Shown: positions 23,685 through 36,254 of the stretch, piece after piece
How the letters are laid out: every line of letters begins with the position of its first letter
Position numbering within the stretch: position 1 is the first letter of the stretch
DNA from: Ptychodera flava
Taxonomy: Eukaryota
Assembly (NCBI RefSeq): GCF_041260155.1
Contig: NC_091947.1
Coordinates: 31,770,780-31,834,779 of the forward strand
Direction: 5' to 3'
Length of the DNA stretch: 64,000 bases
Notes under the pieces: model-generated
Databases searched by the model: none
Seen by the model: the letters and a program-made list of their open reading frames with translations, nothing else
What the model was told of the DNA's origin: nothing
Made by a program: the position numbers and the translations under genes

Positions 23685-24475
23685 GTATTGATATTTTCAC
23701 ATGTCAAATAAATGCATGTAATGCAGGTTTTCATCGGCAAATGAAAATGCAATGCCCCTAGTGTGTTCAGAAATAGCCATGCACCTTTTAGACCTAGAGC
23801 AGTAACTGCACCACACATTGGTGTGTGGTGCAGTTATTTCTGTTGCTACATAGTATGGGTTGGTAACTTCTGGCTGTTACTGTCAGTCTGGCAGCAGAAA
23901 TGCACAGGGATGAACCAGCCAGTTGGGTCTGGTTTCATCATTTTCTGTGAAGTTTGCTCTGGTTTAATAACTGTCAGTTTTACTGTGTTTTATTAAACTA
24001 AATAATAGAAGAGGGTGCAAGAAATGCAGACACTCAAGTGAGGTGATCTTCTCAATGCACAGGTTCTGTTCACTTACCTAGGTTATGGCTGATGGCACCA
24101 AATGTAGGATAGGAAAAAGTAAACCACAACCCAAAATTTGTTGTAAGACATTATTCCCTAGGTTTGTTGCTAGGTACAAGAGAGGCACGCCCAACTATGT
24201 GAAATACATAACAGCTGGTGTCTTTCTAGTGAATCATGTACCTTTATGCTAATTACATTCTAAAATGTAACATTAAGCAGCATTCTTTAAATTTTTCATG
24301 ACATTTTAAAAATGAGTTTATTGATAGAGCAGACAGTGTACATGCTTGTAAATTACTTGTCAGGCTTGGTCTCTTTTAAAGACAATATGTTTATGGTAAA
24401 TTTCACCCATTTCAATCCTGTGCAAGCTCATGAAGGCAAAGTGATAACGTAACTTTCACTTTTCATTCTCCATAG

Positions 24476-24539
24476 CAATTATGAAGCAGGCAAACCATGT
24501 CAGCTGAAGCATGGCCATTTTGAAGTCAGATTCCATAAG
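24476..24539 (+). CDS. MVP: MVP exon 3
   Basis: Encodes (S)NYEAGKPCQLKHGHFEVRFHK, against human [26 protein letters not shown]. Acceptor ctccatag|, donor |gtatat. Confidence 0.7.
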
Positions 24540-24866
24540 GTATATGTGATACTGATAACATCATTTTGTAGAGTTTCATCTTAACAGCAAGAAAATTAAA
24601 GTAGTTAATTATGTAAAACATATATAAACAATGTATGTTGGTACGTTTGACTTGATGTCACATGTTGATAATATATTTTAGATGCAAGTTTTAATGAAGT
24701 GGTGTTTGACAATAGTTTGGTTGTACCATAGACAGTAAGAGGGCCTGTACTGTCTATGGTTGTATAGTGGAGATGTCACCTGCCAAGTGAACCAGAAAAA
24801 TTCTGAATGTTAACTTCAGGTTGTATTGTATCCAGAATTGACATAATGCTAATGTCTGCATTTCAG

Positions 24867-24945
24867 GAACCTTTCCCATTATACCCTGGTGAATCGTTGG
24901 TAGATGCAAGTGATTTTCTTATGAAACCATCACCAACATCAAAAG
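24867..24945 (+). CDS. MVP: MVP exon 4
   Basis: Encodes EPFPLYPGESLVDASDFLMKPSPTSK, against human DPFPLYPGEVLEKDITPLQ. Acceptor tgcatttcag|, donor G|gtaaag. Confidence 0.85.
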
Positions 24946-25443
24946 GTAAAGAAACACTTGAAACAATCACCTTGTCACACTTGCTGATTGAAGAGTCACT
25001 CCCAAAACTTTAAACTTTAACTTGCACAGTGGGTAGGTCCTACCATGGTCTTTGAAAAGAATGACAGAAATGATCGACTCTTGAAATGAAATGATTTTCT
25101 ATTTCAGTGATGTGATATGTATTTGAGGTGGTTGACTTATTATATATTCAATTATTTGTCTGTTCTATTGTCAATCCCTCAGAGTGATAAGAGTGAATAT
25201 TGTTTTTGAAAATATTTGTTCAGTTGTTTAGAAAACTTTTATGACACTAGACCAGCAATATGGTTCCCATAAAGAAAAAAAATACCATTTATGTGTATAG
25301 ACTATATTATTTTCTGTAAATCATTATATCAACTGTCTAAAAAGTGACTATCCTTTCCATACCACTTTGATTTCATTATCATAATAATATCAGTTTCACA
25401 ATGGAACTTAGTACTGATCAGTTTCTGTGTTACTTTGTAATAG

Positions 25444-25601
25444 ACTATTCTGCTGCTGTCAAAAAATTACCTATTGTCAAGGCCAACCATGCTATCAAGT
25501 TGACTGCAAGAGTTGACCATGATGATAACGGAATCACCAGAAAAGCTGGCGATATCTGGCAACTAGAAGGCCCACTAACATACATGCCAACAGCTGAAGC
25601 T
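25444..25601 (+). CDS. MVP: MVP exon 5
   Basis: Encodes (D)YSAAVKKLPIVKANHAIKLTARVDHDDNGITRKAGDIWQLEGPLTYMPTAEA, against human [42 protein letters not shown]. Confidence 0.9.
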
Positions 25602-26320
25602 GTAAGTATTATTATTTTTGTCAATTGTCAGATGAATTTATGATTTTAAAAGTTCATGTACCAGTATCTGAGCTCCAACTTACTTGATGCAAATCGTGTG
25701 TTCTGGTCAACAGTAAACAGTGTCTCACCAGATACTCACATTCCAACAGAATTCAACCCAGATGGCTTCACTTTGAGAAGATCTTTACAAATATTTACAA
25801 CTTGCTTTGTGTTTTGTCTGTTACACACAAAGAGACAAGTTTTCTTCCAGTAGAAAATAGTACATTGCAATACAACTCTTATTTGTCTCAAATTTAGGAG
25901 TAGAGAGTGACATTTTTGAAGCAAATTTAGAGTTGAATGAAAGAAAAGTGATAATTTATTATTTATGGGCAAGAGCTTTGCTTTTGGATTAAAAGGATGA
26001 ATGTCCTTTCATAGCCAGCAAACAGAAAGGTAAAATTTCCAACAAAAGAGGGTACATATATGAAAAAGAAAATGTTTGCCTGTGTGTGAAAGATGATTCT
26101 GTTGCTTTAAAATTGACAATCATTTTAGATGTAGGGCGTTTCCAGACAAAAATTTTCAGTTATCAGAGAATAACACTTACATTTTATTATTATCATTAGT
26201 GAGTCAAGGGCAGATAACCCCAAAATATGTTCTTGTAGATTTCTAATATTTTCATATGACTTTTATTGTACGTCTTTTCCAGTAGTACTTGATGTGAATG
26301 TATATTCTTCTATTAATCAG

Positions 26321-26412
26321 GAAATTTTGGAGATTGTTCAGCCAATGGTCATTTCTGATGGCCAGGCTTTGAGAATAAGAGCTGTAATTGGTTTCACTGA
26401 CAGAAATGATGT
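26321..26412 (+). CDS. MVP: MVP exon 6
   Basis: Encodes EILEIVQPMVISDGQALRIRAVIGFTDRNDV, against human [30 protein letters not shown]. Confidence 0.85.
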
Positions 26413-27276
26413 GTAAGTATTGAATGTCATTCTAAAATGCAGAACAGTCATCAAAGATAATGCTACACAAGAAATACTTTTATATCAGAAATATTCCTTG
26501 CAACAGAAATAGAACTCCTGTATTTTGTACTTTCTTCTTTGTTTTACAAATCTGCATTTATGTCTGTACAATCTTATAGCCCTAAATGCAAGTGAAGACT
26601 TTTCAATTAAAACAAAGATTAAGAATTTGTCTGGTTTTGATTGAGGTTTTACATTCACTGATTTAATTGGATACTAGTTCCAGTATATCGGTCCACAACT
26701 TAATTGCTGCAATGCAGCATCATCAGTTTGGCTTTTAGAAAATTAAAATTTTCACCTGTGTATCAAGAAAGCTACCTTGATTTCATCGCCGTAGAAGATG
26801 TACCCATGACTGTGACTACATAACTGTTCAGTTTTGAACTCAGGCTCCTTAACTCTAGAGCATATGTTTGAAGTTAATGGAGGCATTTTAAAAAGATAAG
26901 CCAATATGAAGAGTATATTATTGAAAGAGCATTAGCAATGACGTAGGAACATGTACACTGTACCAGTGTATGCCAGTAGAAAATCCCCCAATGATTTTTC
27001 ATGTTTGTGTGTGTTGAAAATTTTTTTAAGGAATTTTTCTCACTGCATACTTAACTGAAGACTAAATATATCATAGCTCCAAAACTACATACTACTTGTG
27101 ATTGCATAACAGCAATCAAATCTTGTATCTGACACATACACTATGGGTACGTTGCAGCAACTTATCGTCTGTCTATAACAGTAATATCACTAATGATATG
27201 TTCCAAAATTTTTTTATTAAACGATTTATACCTGCTTATATATATATATATCTACAAAACAATATTTTTTCCACAG

Positions 27277-27346
27277 TGAACGAATAAGTGGACAGGAATG
27301 GCTTGTGAAGAAGCAAGGTGCATACTTAAAAGAAGTTTATGAAGAG
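27277..27346 (+). CDS. MVP: MVP exon 7
   Basis: Encodes ERISGQEWLVKKQGAYLKEVYEE, against human [23 protein letters not shown]. Acceptor ttttttccacag|, donor |gtacag. Confidence 0.9.
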
Positions 27347-27717
27347 GTACAGTGTCATTAATATTATTGTAGTGAGGTGTTCTCTTCATTATTGCCAAAA
27401 GGTTAAATACTGGTAGTTCATGGTTTCTGCAGTGTAGTCCACTGAATGTCTGTATGATTGTATCATTAATTTGCATATTCAAAGTGTGCATACTATGAAG
27501 GAGAGATAAAAACATCAATTGTAAACAGAACAGGAGGATAGAACTTATGACATTGTTAATTTGTCTGGTTTGTAAATTATTATTTCATTGGAGTATACAT
27601 TTTAGTAGCTGTCAAGAGACTGACCCGTTCACAAGTATCGGTACATTTTAGTTTTCTGTACTAGTCGTATTGGTATGTATGGTAATGTTTACATTCACTT
27701 TTCATGTTCTTAACTAG

Positions 27718-27879
27718 GTCGTAGAGGAACAGACTGCATTTACGTTGACTGAAGAAAAAGCCTTGCATTTAAAAGCAACTGAGACTATAGTGGATGCTCT
27801 TGGGGATAAAAGACTGGCTGGTTCTGAATGGCTGTTGACCTGTGAACAAATTGAATCTTATATCACTGATATTGGAGTG
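27718..27879 (+). CDS. MVP: MVP exon 8
   Basis: Encodes VVEEQTAFTLTEEKALHLKATETIVDALGDKRLAGSEWLLTCEQIESYITDIGV, a vault shoulder-repeat pattern. Against human [32 protein letters not shown]. Confidence 0.85.
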
Positions 27880-28079
27880 GTAAGTCATCAGTAATATTAT
27901 TATGGTTGTGTAGTCAACAGCCGTAGTCTACAAAATGAACTTACTACAACCATCATTTTTTTCCATCAGACTAGGGTGTCAGTTCTTCAATTTCAGTTGA
28001 GTTTATCATTTACTTGTGAGCATAACAGACAAAACATTCAGTTCAATTGTTTCTTTTAGGTAGAACGTGCCTCGGGGAC

Positions 28080-28375
28080 AGATATTCTCACTCAAATTTC
28101 TACAATTCTTTTCTGATCAACCACTCATGGGGGCTCGTTTAGTTTTTGAAAATTCAAATTTTATTTTTACCCCATAGAGTTAACAGGGATGTGGCCATTT
28201 TGAATTTCAAATATCACAAAATGTTGAGTAATTTGTTTCGCTAGTTCAAAACTTTGCATGGTGACCCCTGATTTTCATTGTTGAAGAGAATGCTTGAAAG
28301 TTTAATTTAGGAAAGTTTGAGCAAAAGTTTTAAGTCTTTCACTTTAGAGGCGCATACTACGAAACAACTGACCCT
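28080..28375 (+). repeat. Dispersed repeat family, copy 1, in an MVP intron
   Basis: About 75-80% identical to 41186-41530 in the same orientation. Shared blocks include CAAATTT(T)TACAATTCTTTTC, GTAATTTGTTT.GCTAGT.CAAAACTTTGCATG and GAAAGTTTGAGCAA(AA)GTTTTAAGTCTTTCACTTT.A.G.GCATACTAC. No tRNA-type A or B box is seen. Confidence 0.6.
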
Positions 28376-28464
28376 ATGTGGAAGGACCATGGTTAAGCAT
28401 GCAAAGGTCTTCTGGGAAAGTTTAATTCATGGTTTATGATAAACATCAGTTACAAATAATATCA

Positions 28465-28571
28465 TAGCCCAAACATAGGACTATGTGCCCGAGGGTTGAT
28501 GACCATTTGCCCGACATAAGGAGGGCAAATGGTCTCCTGCCCCGAGGGTAAATAGTCCCTTGTTTGGGCTA
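28465..28571. mobile_element. Hairpin MITE of about 107 bp
   Basis: Inverted arms TAGCCCAAACATAGGACTATGTGCCCGAGGGTTGATGACCATTTGCCC / GGGCAAATGGTCTCCTGCCCCGAGGGTAAATAGTCCCTTGTTTGGGCTA. Confidence 0.55.
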
Positions 28572-29091
28572 TAATGTATTTATTACATGCCTTTCTTACA
28601 CAATTTTTACTCAAAATATTTAGGTTTGTTGGCAAATGATAATCAAATGCTTTATTTCCATCTTAGATGAAAATCCGTTAAAAAATGGAACGATTTTCAT
28701 CATCGACTGATATATAAAAACCACTGTTATTCGGTTTATCAACATTTTTTCTGCAAAATTTTCCAAAAACCAATTTTCTATACAAAACATGAAATTTCAA
28801 CATTTTTACATCAAAAAGTTGTCAAGTTGAAAATAGTTCCTGTTCACTTTAAGTCCAATGATGACTATGCTGCCCCGACGTCATCGACGAGTTACCATTG
28901 AATCCTATAGAGTGCGCGACGTTCAATATACGAGGCATGTAATAATGCTACCTGTGGCAATGTGTAATTTGACCGGAAAACTGTACAATTGAAAGTCTAC
29001 CTCAGCAAATATTCATGTAAAGCAAACACTTTTTTGTGGATTGAGACTGAGACAAATCTCTTTATTGTCCACACTTTTTTCAATATTTCAG

Positions 29092-29233
29092 GAGGTTGTG
29101 AATACGGTAAATAAGACAGTCCTTGGCAAGAATGAATTCTGTGTTGTCTATGATCCTTTAGATGACAAAGGTCACTGTAGACTTGGTCAAAGAGAACTCA
29201 GAAAGGGAGTCTCAAGCTTCTTCCTGCAGCCAG
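29092..29233 (+). CDS. MVP: MVP exon 9
   Basis: Encodes EVVNTVNKTVLGKNEFCVVYDPLDDKGHCRLGQRELRKGVSSFFLQPG, against human [47 protein letters not shown]. Confidence 0.9.
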
Positions 29234-29678
29234 GTTGGTTCAACAGTCACACGCTATCATTGACATCAGACATTGGCAGTATACGAACACTTACACTACT
29301 CATCCTGACGATTGAAACAAGTAATTCATAATGCATGTATAGGATCCATGCATTGTATTATCATTTTGTATTCGTGTGCCATAACATTAGAATAAATGTG
29401 AATTTTCATCCAAATTTGTATTATTGTTAGTAGTTTTCTTAAGTCATTAATTTCTTCTTCCCTTTGATTTACCACTTTACACCTGTCTTTTCATCGTTTC
29501 AGTCATTCGTTTTTTCATTCTATTTTTATCATCTTAGGAATATATATTCTACTAAGTTCATGTAACTTACTAGCATGCTACTGAATGATGCAATGTATTG
29601 ATAGGCAAAAGATCACCTCAGCTGCATATTCAATCCACATGAATAAAATATACTGGCATTATATTCTGTGTTAAATAG

Positions 29679-29774
29679 GAGAAAGCATACCCAATGGAAT
29701 ACAGAAAGCTTTCATTTTACAAGAAGATGAAGCTGTTGTTGTCCAATCAACTATAGCATTTACAGATGAAGAAG
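29679..29774 (+). CDS. MVP: MVP exon 10
   Basis: Encodes (G)ESIPNGIQKAFILQEDEAVVVQSTIAFTDEE(G), against human [31 protein letters not shown]. Confidence 0.8.
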
Positions 29775-30528
29775 GTAGGTACTGTTGTGAGCATCAAATT
29801 TGTACCTTGTGTCAAGTGTGAGCAAATTTATGTCATGTTGTTAGTTCCGTAGTACCACAAGATTTGGTGTCCGTATCACCTTGCATTGGTATTCTTAATT
29901 CTGCATACATTCTGTATCATTTGATTCCAGTAATGTTCACTAGTTTCTTGTGAACAATGGAATTATAAATATCGTTGAGAGCAAATTTGATCATCTCTTC
30001 AAACTCTGAATACAGGAACTGAAAAGTCAACAATGAGTAATCACAGTTCTATGAAATACAAAATGTTTGAAATTGTTACTATTTCTACAGCATTGCTTTC
30101 TCTTCGGGAATTTCTTGTTGAAGGAAAGTTTCACCATATATCAATTAATGAATCAATCAGTTGATAGTAGTTGTCCTGATTGCTTCATTGATTGTTCAAA
30201 AAAAATAATGATATTAATTTGATGAAAGTGTCATCAGCACATGAAAGCTAGACCCCATTCATCATCAGTCAGTTATTTCTGTGTTCTGCAAACATTGGAA
30301 AGCTGAGAGCTGATTCAACTGTCTTCATCGTGTGATTTGTTTGTTTGTTTTGGAAAAGTATTGTAATTGGCCTCATTACTCGAAAATTTGCATATTTTTC
30401 CCATAATGACATGCATATTACCAGAACAGAAACCAGTGAGAAATTATAAGTGCCTTGTTTATATTTTTATCGTTAAGAGAATACCAGTATCGTATTTGAA
30501 TATATTGATATTCCAAACACCATTACAG

Positions 30529-30637
30529 CAAAGAAAAAGAGAGAGCCTGGTGATAGATGGCTGATCAGGGGACCACATAACTACATTCCTCCAATTGAAG
30601 TTGAAGTATTAAAAGAACCCAATGGCCAATTGGTCAG
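30529..30637 (+). CDS. MVP: MVP exon 11
   Basis: Encodes (A)[35 protein letters not shown], against human [32 protein letters not shown]. Confidence 0.9.
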
Positions 30638-30899
30638 GTAAGCAGATAATTATACCTGTTGGCCATTTTTCATTCAATCATGATCTCCAGCAAAGTACTA
30701 CTGTGTAGTGTTGTATATGAAGTCATAGTCTATGCTGATCCAAACTTTATTTCAAAATGATAAATTATGCTGTTTAGCAAGAAAATTCTGCCTTCATTTG
30801 TAAAGTTATAAATGCCTATAGGACATAGGGATAAAAGAGTTTAAGCAGAGTGTACAGATGACTGAAATAATTATTAATATCCATGTCACTCTTTCACAG

Positions 30900-30960
30900 G
30901 AAAGCTATTCCTCTTGCTGAGAATGAAGGTATCTATGTGAGGAATTTACATACTGGAGAT
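30900..30960 (+). CDS. MVP: MVP exon 12
   Basis: Encodes (R)KAIPLAENEGIYVRNLHTGD, against human [20 protein letters not shown]. Confidence 0.9.
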
Positions 30961-31423
30961 GTAAGTCAATGCACAGTGTTTTTTGTATATCTTTATTTAT
31001 TGTTCATGGTCTGACTGTTTCATGATGGTATTGTTAACGTTACAGTCTCAGTCAGACTCTCTTATACAAAATAAAAAGGCTTTGATTTCAAACATTGTAA
31101 TAATTCAGAATTTTATATCAGAGCACAATAAAACAGAATGCCATGTGATTCATTATTTCAGATACACATCTAGTGATGCTATTTGTGGGAGAAACTGCAG
31201 TTAGACGATACCAAGGCTATGTAATTTGGAAAATTTATGTCACTGGAATTGTGAATATGGTATCAGTGTACCCCTAGTCGATAATACCCTATGTAATTGC
31301 ATATTTTTTGCAGGTTTTATTTTGATTTGTAATTAAACCAATGAGACACTTGATACAGTAAGATAGTAAATTAAGCATTTTTTGTTGTTTGTTTATTGTA
31401 TATATTTTTGTGACATTTCATAG

Positions 31424-31518
31424 GTAAGAGCGATTATGGGACCCCAGTCTTACCTGCTCCAGGAATATGAAGTACTTTGGCAGAAGGAGCTTTCTCCATT
31501 GATGGAGATTCTTCTAAG
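31424..31518 (+). CDS. MVP: MVP exon 13
   Basis: Encodes VRAIMGPQSYLLQEYEVLWQKELSPLMEILL, against human [30 protein letters not shown]. Confidence 0.9.
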
Positions 31519-31743
31519 GTGAGAGAATGTTGTCATCTGCAATGTCAAGGGTCATTGTGTGCATGTTGCCTTTCCCATTTTTGATCCTGGAAATCAAAGA
31601 CCAAGCTCCAATGTTTTCAAACTCTTGCATTGATGAGATGCAAATGTTGGTTCACCATTGATGAAACTAAGCACAGGGCCTCATAAGTGCCTATTTAAGT
31701 CAATATTACAGCGTTTTTCTTTCTTTTTCAATGTTACAAATAA

Positions 31744-32241
31744 TCCAGCTGAAGAGCACAACACTAGAGTAGCTGTCTTTTGTGTAGCGTGTATTGGCAT
31801 GTATAGTGCGTCCTCGTAAATGTGACCTTTAGTTCCGTGACCTCTCGGCTCTAGCCATGCCTACTTCCTGCCCTGACCTCGCTATGCTTACTGTACTTAT
31901 ACAGTAAACACAGCGACGTCTGTATGCATGGCCAGTAGGCATGGCCAGAGGAATTGGCTAGAGGTTACGGAACTAAAGGTCGTATTTAAACATGATCACA
32001 TTCCCCATTGAGGGCGCACTATACATGTCAATACTGACCTCGCTATGCTTACTGTACTTATACAGTAAACACAGCGACGTCTGTACGCATGGCCAGTAGG
32101 CATGGCCAGAGGAATTGGCTAGAGGTTACGGAACTAAAGGTCGTATTTAAACATGATCACATTCCCCATTGAGGGCGCACTATACATGTCAATACAAGCT
32201 ACACAAAAGACAGCTACACAAGTGTTGTGCTCTTCAGCTGG
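31744..32241. mobile_element. Foldback MITE with a tandemly duplicated right arm, in an MVP intron
   Basis: The outer arms CCAGCTGAAGAGCACAACACTAGAGTAGCTGTCTTTTGTGTAGC at 31744-31787 and its reverse complement at 32198-32241 pair with each other. The inner arms pair as well (...GTGACCTTTAGTTCCGTGACCTCT.GGC...CCATGCCTAC against GTAGGCATGGCCAGAGG...GGAACTAAAGGTCG...). The right half is present as two tandem copies of about 150 bp, at 31880-32030 and 32031-32195. Flanking TAAT/TTAAT is present. Confidence 0.65.
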
Positions 32242-32452
32242 TTAATTTTAACATTGAAAAAAAAGAAAAACACTGTACAACTAGCTACTTATGAGCCCCT
32301 GTGATGAAACTAAGCACATATTTTGGGCACACATAGTGTGATGAAGTTCCTAGAGTGTTAACATATACCTTGACGTAGTTGTATTACTTCCTGTGACCGT
32401 TGTTGCTATGATTGACACTTGGTCATTCCTTACCTGTATTTTTCTCAACAGG

Positions 32453-32537
32453 AAGGGTGGTGGCCATGGTGGAGAGGACATCAGAAAGATGGCTTACTTT
32501 GAATCATCAATAGAGCCAGCATATGTTGGAAATAAGG
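32453..32537 (+). CDS. MVP: MVP exon 14
   Basis: Encodes (R)KGGGHGGEDIRKMAYFESSIEPAYVGNK. This is a divergent linker, but it is in phase with and flanked by conserved exons. Acceptor tctcaacag|, donor |gtaaaag. Confidence 0.65.
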
Positions 32538-32826
32538 TAAAAGATCAATGAGTCAAATGAAACTTACAATTGTTTCAGCCAACCAGTTGGCTAAAAGCTT
32601 CCAAGATCCTGCACATCAGCCCAATATTTACAGTGAATATTCATGGTATACAAACAAGGAAGTTCTACACACTTAACTCATTGTACACAAAGATCTTTAC
32701 CATATCAAATATATCTTGCAGTGACGCATTTGCTCATTACTGTATCTCCATTCATTCTTAAGAAAATATTGGAGCAGAAACAGTGCTGCACATCATGTTG
32801 ACATTTTGATTTACTTTTCATAACAG

Positions 32827-32883
32827 CCAAGAGACAAAACAAGGGTTGTAACATACCGTTGTCCTGGCAACACTGCAGTGCAG
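32827..32883 (+). CDS. MVP: MVP exon 15
   Basis: Encodes PRDKTRVVTYRCPGNTAVQ, against human PRNKTRVVSYRVPHNAAVQ. Confidence 0.9.
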
Positions 32884-34916
32884 GTTAGTTTCGCTCAATC
32901 CATATTCCTGATATTGTTACAAATAAATATGACAATAACTAAAATTTTACATGATGAAGCTACTATATTTCTCCTGGTCAGTATAATGAGCTTCTCAGCA
33001 ACTACATGGCATGGTTTTGTCTCTTTGAAATATATTCCGAAATTATGGTAGAAAACTATTTAGAATTAAATATTTGGAACAACCAGTGTGTATGAAAAGT
33101 GTTACAGAAACACATTTACAAGACTATTTTTAATTTTCGCTTAAAAATAGACACAGTATAAAACCAGTGCACCAGCTGCATGCCCCCAGCATTTAAGGAG
33201 TCTGAATTGCAATTATTTCCAACGGCTTCATGTCCACAGCATTTGCCACCATAATTAAGTCTCATGTTGTGATATTATCATGGCTATTCTTCCTACTCTA
33301 TCCAAGATGACTTGTGTTGAATACCTGTTTATGCCTAAGACACATCCAAAATTTGTACAAATGCTTGTTCAAAGCAAGTGGACTATCACTTTAGTCTAAT
33401 TTTACCGCCTGCTTGCTGAAAGTTGTATGATTGTGACTGGAAACAGAGCACACGCAACGAAGGAGTACAATAACACGGAACTTTTAATGAACCACCAGGA
33501 CCAAAGAATCTTTTTACATAACTATGTACCCTGGAGTCCACAGCCTCACTTTGAGTGCCAGGAGTTATTTTATGGATGTCTGTATGACTTCTCATAATAA
33601 TGTACATGTAACATACAGCATTTTAAAGATGAAGACTAAATACCAGTGTTATCCTAGTGGGCATTAGATTGATAATACATCAAGACAAATAGAACATGTA
33701 GACTAAATGTAGTTTGAATGTAAAACTGCTGCGTGTTCCAATCCTTTTAGCTTGCAAAGTTTTAATTGTAACTGCTCAGGCAAAAGTTCATGTCTTGAAG
33801 AAAGAATGATTGAAGTCTGTTGCAAATGTAAGGTGGTTGGAAAGGCTATTTTTGCACCAATTCTTTTCTCAGAGTTAATGTCAAGTTTCAAGTGTTAGAA
33901 TCAAGATATTTAGTTCAAATTTTCATGATAACTTTTTTAGTTAATACTTTCTCCAAAGAATATAAAAATTGTATATTTGCAGCCATGATTTTGAAATATG
34001 ACACCAGTAAATATCAAAATTTAATTTTTCATATTTTCTTTACATATTTGAATTTAATAATAATTGGATAGTATTAATATTACCAAATTAGTTATAAATA
34101 TGTTGACACTATTATTTGTAAGATTTGTATGGCAGGATTTGTAAATAAAATCTGTTTTTATGATTTTACATGGGTTTAAATATCAAAAAATTATTAAAAA
34201 TTCTTTCAAATTTCAAAATATGATTTTTCAAAAAGTACTTCAAATATAGGAAAATTGTGCCTTACATATCTTATCTGTAACCTTGTTAATAGGCTGTAAA
34301 TATTCCATGTCCATATCTCATTTCAAAGGTTGGATTAAATTGGTATATAATTATGTAGGAAAACTGTTATTCTCTCAAAAATGTTGAAAACAAGCCATAT
34401 TTGCACCCCTCTTTTGAAGTCACAGAGCAGTCTTTTTGGTAAATCTCACTTTTGACACCTCTTTGACACTCAAAGAATCTAAAATGCATTTACAATAGCA
34501 GTTACTCACTCTGAATGCAAGCATCGCCTTGTCAAACTTTCCTGAAAAACAGCAAATAATTACTTTCCCTTTTTAAACATTTTATTAAAAGCTAGGGGAC
34601 CTCTTCCATAGTTAATACACTAAGGACTCCCCAACTTCTTCTTATTTGGTCAGTTTTTCAGAAGTTTCAACAGGCTGTAACTCTGCAATGCCTATGTGCC
34701 CAAATGTCTAGTTTTTTTTATTCCACAAAGAATGTTGACTACTTTTATATTTTAATAGTTTTGTTGAAGTTTATAACTGACGCTCTAGCCTTTCCAACCA
34801 CCTTAACATTACAGCTTCCTTTGCATGTTTTATTTCTGATCTTCCAAAAGAGAATTCAGAGAAAAGTGTTTGATTTGCAGCAACCTAACAAACAAGTGTT
34901 TTTTCTTTTCATTCAG

Positions 34917-35013
34917 GTATACAACTACAAGAAGAAAACAGCGAGAGTCATCTTTGGTCCTGATATGGTCATCCTTGGACCTGATGAGAATTTCAACATT
35001 CTTAGTCTCAGTG
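34917..35013 (+). CDS. MVP: MVP exon 16
   Basis: Encodes [32 protein letters not shown](G), against human [34 protein letters not shown]. Confidence 0.9.
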
Positions 35014-35484
35014 GTAGGTTAAAGTTGATGTTTGTCAGTTGATTCTATTTTGCTGACTGAGAAAGTATATTTCATTCAAATTGCTAAATATTTGAGTAGC
35101 AACATTGTTTGTAATAAGTATCCTTGTTTTGCATTTCCTTCCATGCTGAAATCAGCTTTTCATGGCAAACACCATAAAGTGAGATTTGCACATGATGGCA
35201 AATGCAGGCTTTTTCATCATAGCCAGTTTGTTGTAATGCATTCACCTCACTGAAGCAGCTGCATGTCAAAGTGGCAGGCATGCAATACAAGAGAAATGAT
35301 ATAGGAGTAAATCACAGGCTTGAACCAAGAAAAATGCTAGGTTTTGAATCTATTTGTTCCTAGAGGGAATCGCCAAATCAGTGGTGTTATGAAGTTACTA
35401 ACAAATAGTTTCACCTCATCTTCCATGCTATCCATCCTCCCTTCCTTCCTTCCTTGTCTGTCGTTTCCGCTTCCTTTCTTCCAG

Positions 35485-35564
35485 CTGGCAAACCAAAGAG
35501 AGACAATGCTTTGCAGACCATATGCTTGATGCTTGGACCAGACTACATCACAGATATCATAGAG
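35485..35564 (+). CDS. MVP: MVP exon 17
   Basis: Encodes (A)GKPKRDNALQTICLMLGPDYITDIIE, against human [27 protein letters not shown]. Confidence 0.9.
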
Positions 35565-36194
35565 GTAATTTATTGCAAAATTGTCTCACCAGCAACCCAA
35601 AAAAGAAACCCACATACAAGAGTTTGGTTATTCAACACCTAACAAGAAATACACAGTTCAACATCTACATTGGAAATTTAAAAATATAAAATTTCTCCTT
35701 CACTGACGCTACACAACATTACCACTTTCACTTAACCATGGTTTGACCCAAATCCATTGCTAACAGTAGACTTTTTAAGGAAAATCAGTCCTCTCACTGC
35801 AAAAAGTTTTGTTGCAACTGTAGTGTTTTTCAACTATACTGCAAAATTGGGGTAAAAGTCAACCCTTTCATTTCAGTTTTCCCCCCTTATGACTCAAATG
35901 TTGCCATCCAAAACAATGGAGTTGTTCCACAATTTGGTGGTGAGGGGGTTTAACCATAGTGTGTAATGTTATATCGTATGGCTAGGAATACTTATGTAGT
36001 ACACACAGAAACTGCCACTGTAACCGTGTTGGAAATTTACACACCATAGTGCCAGTAAGCTACAAGGCTGCCACCCTTGTGTTGGAAATTTACACACCAC
36101 AGCGGTAGTAAGCTTCAAGGCTGCCATCCTTGTGAGTACAGATGGATGAAACTTGCATTTGACTTAACACATGTTCATTATTCCCTCTAACTAG

Positions 36195-36254
36195 GTTGAA
36201 ACCTCAGATCATGCAAGACTTAGGGTGAAAATTGCCTTCAACAATCATTTTGAG
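36195..36254 (+). CDS. MVP: MVP exon 18
   Basis: Encodes VETSDHARLRVKIAFNNHFE, against human TADHARLQLQLAYNWHFE. Confidence 0.9.
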
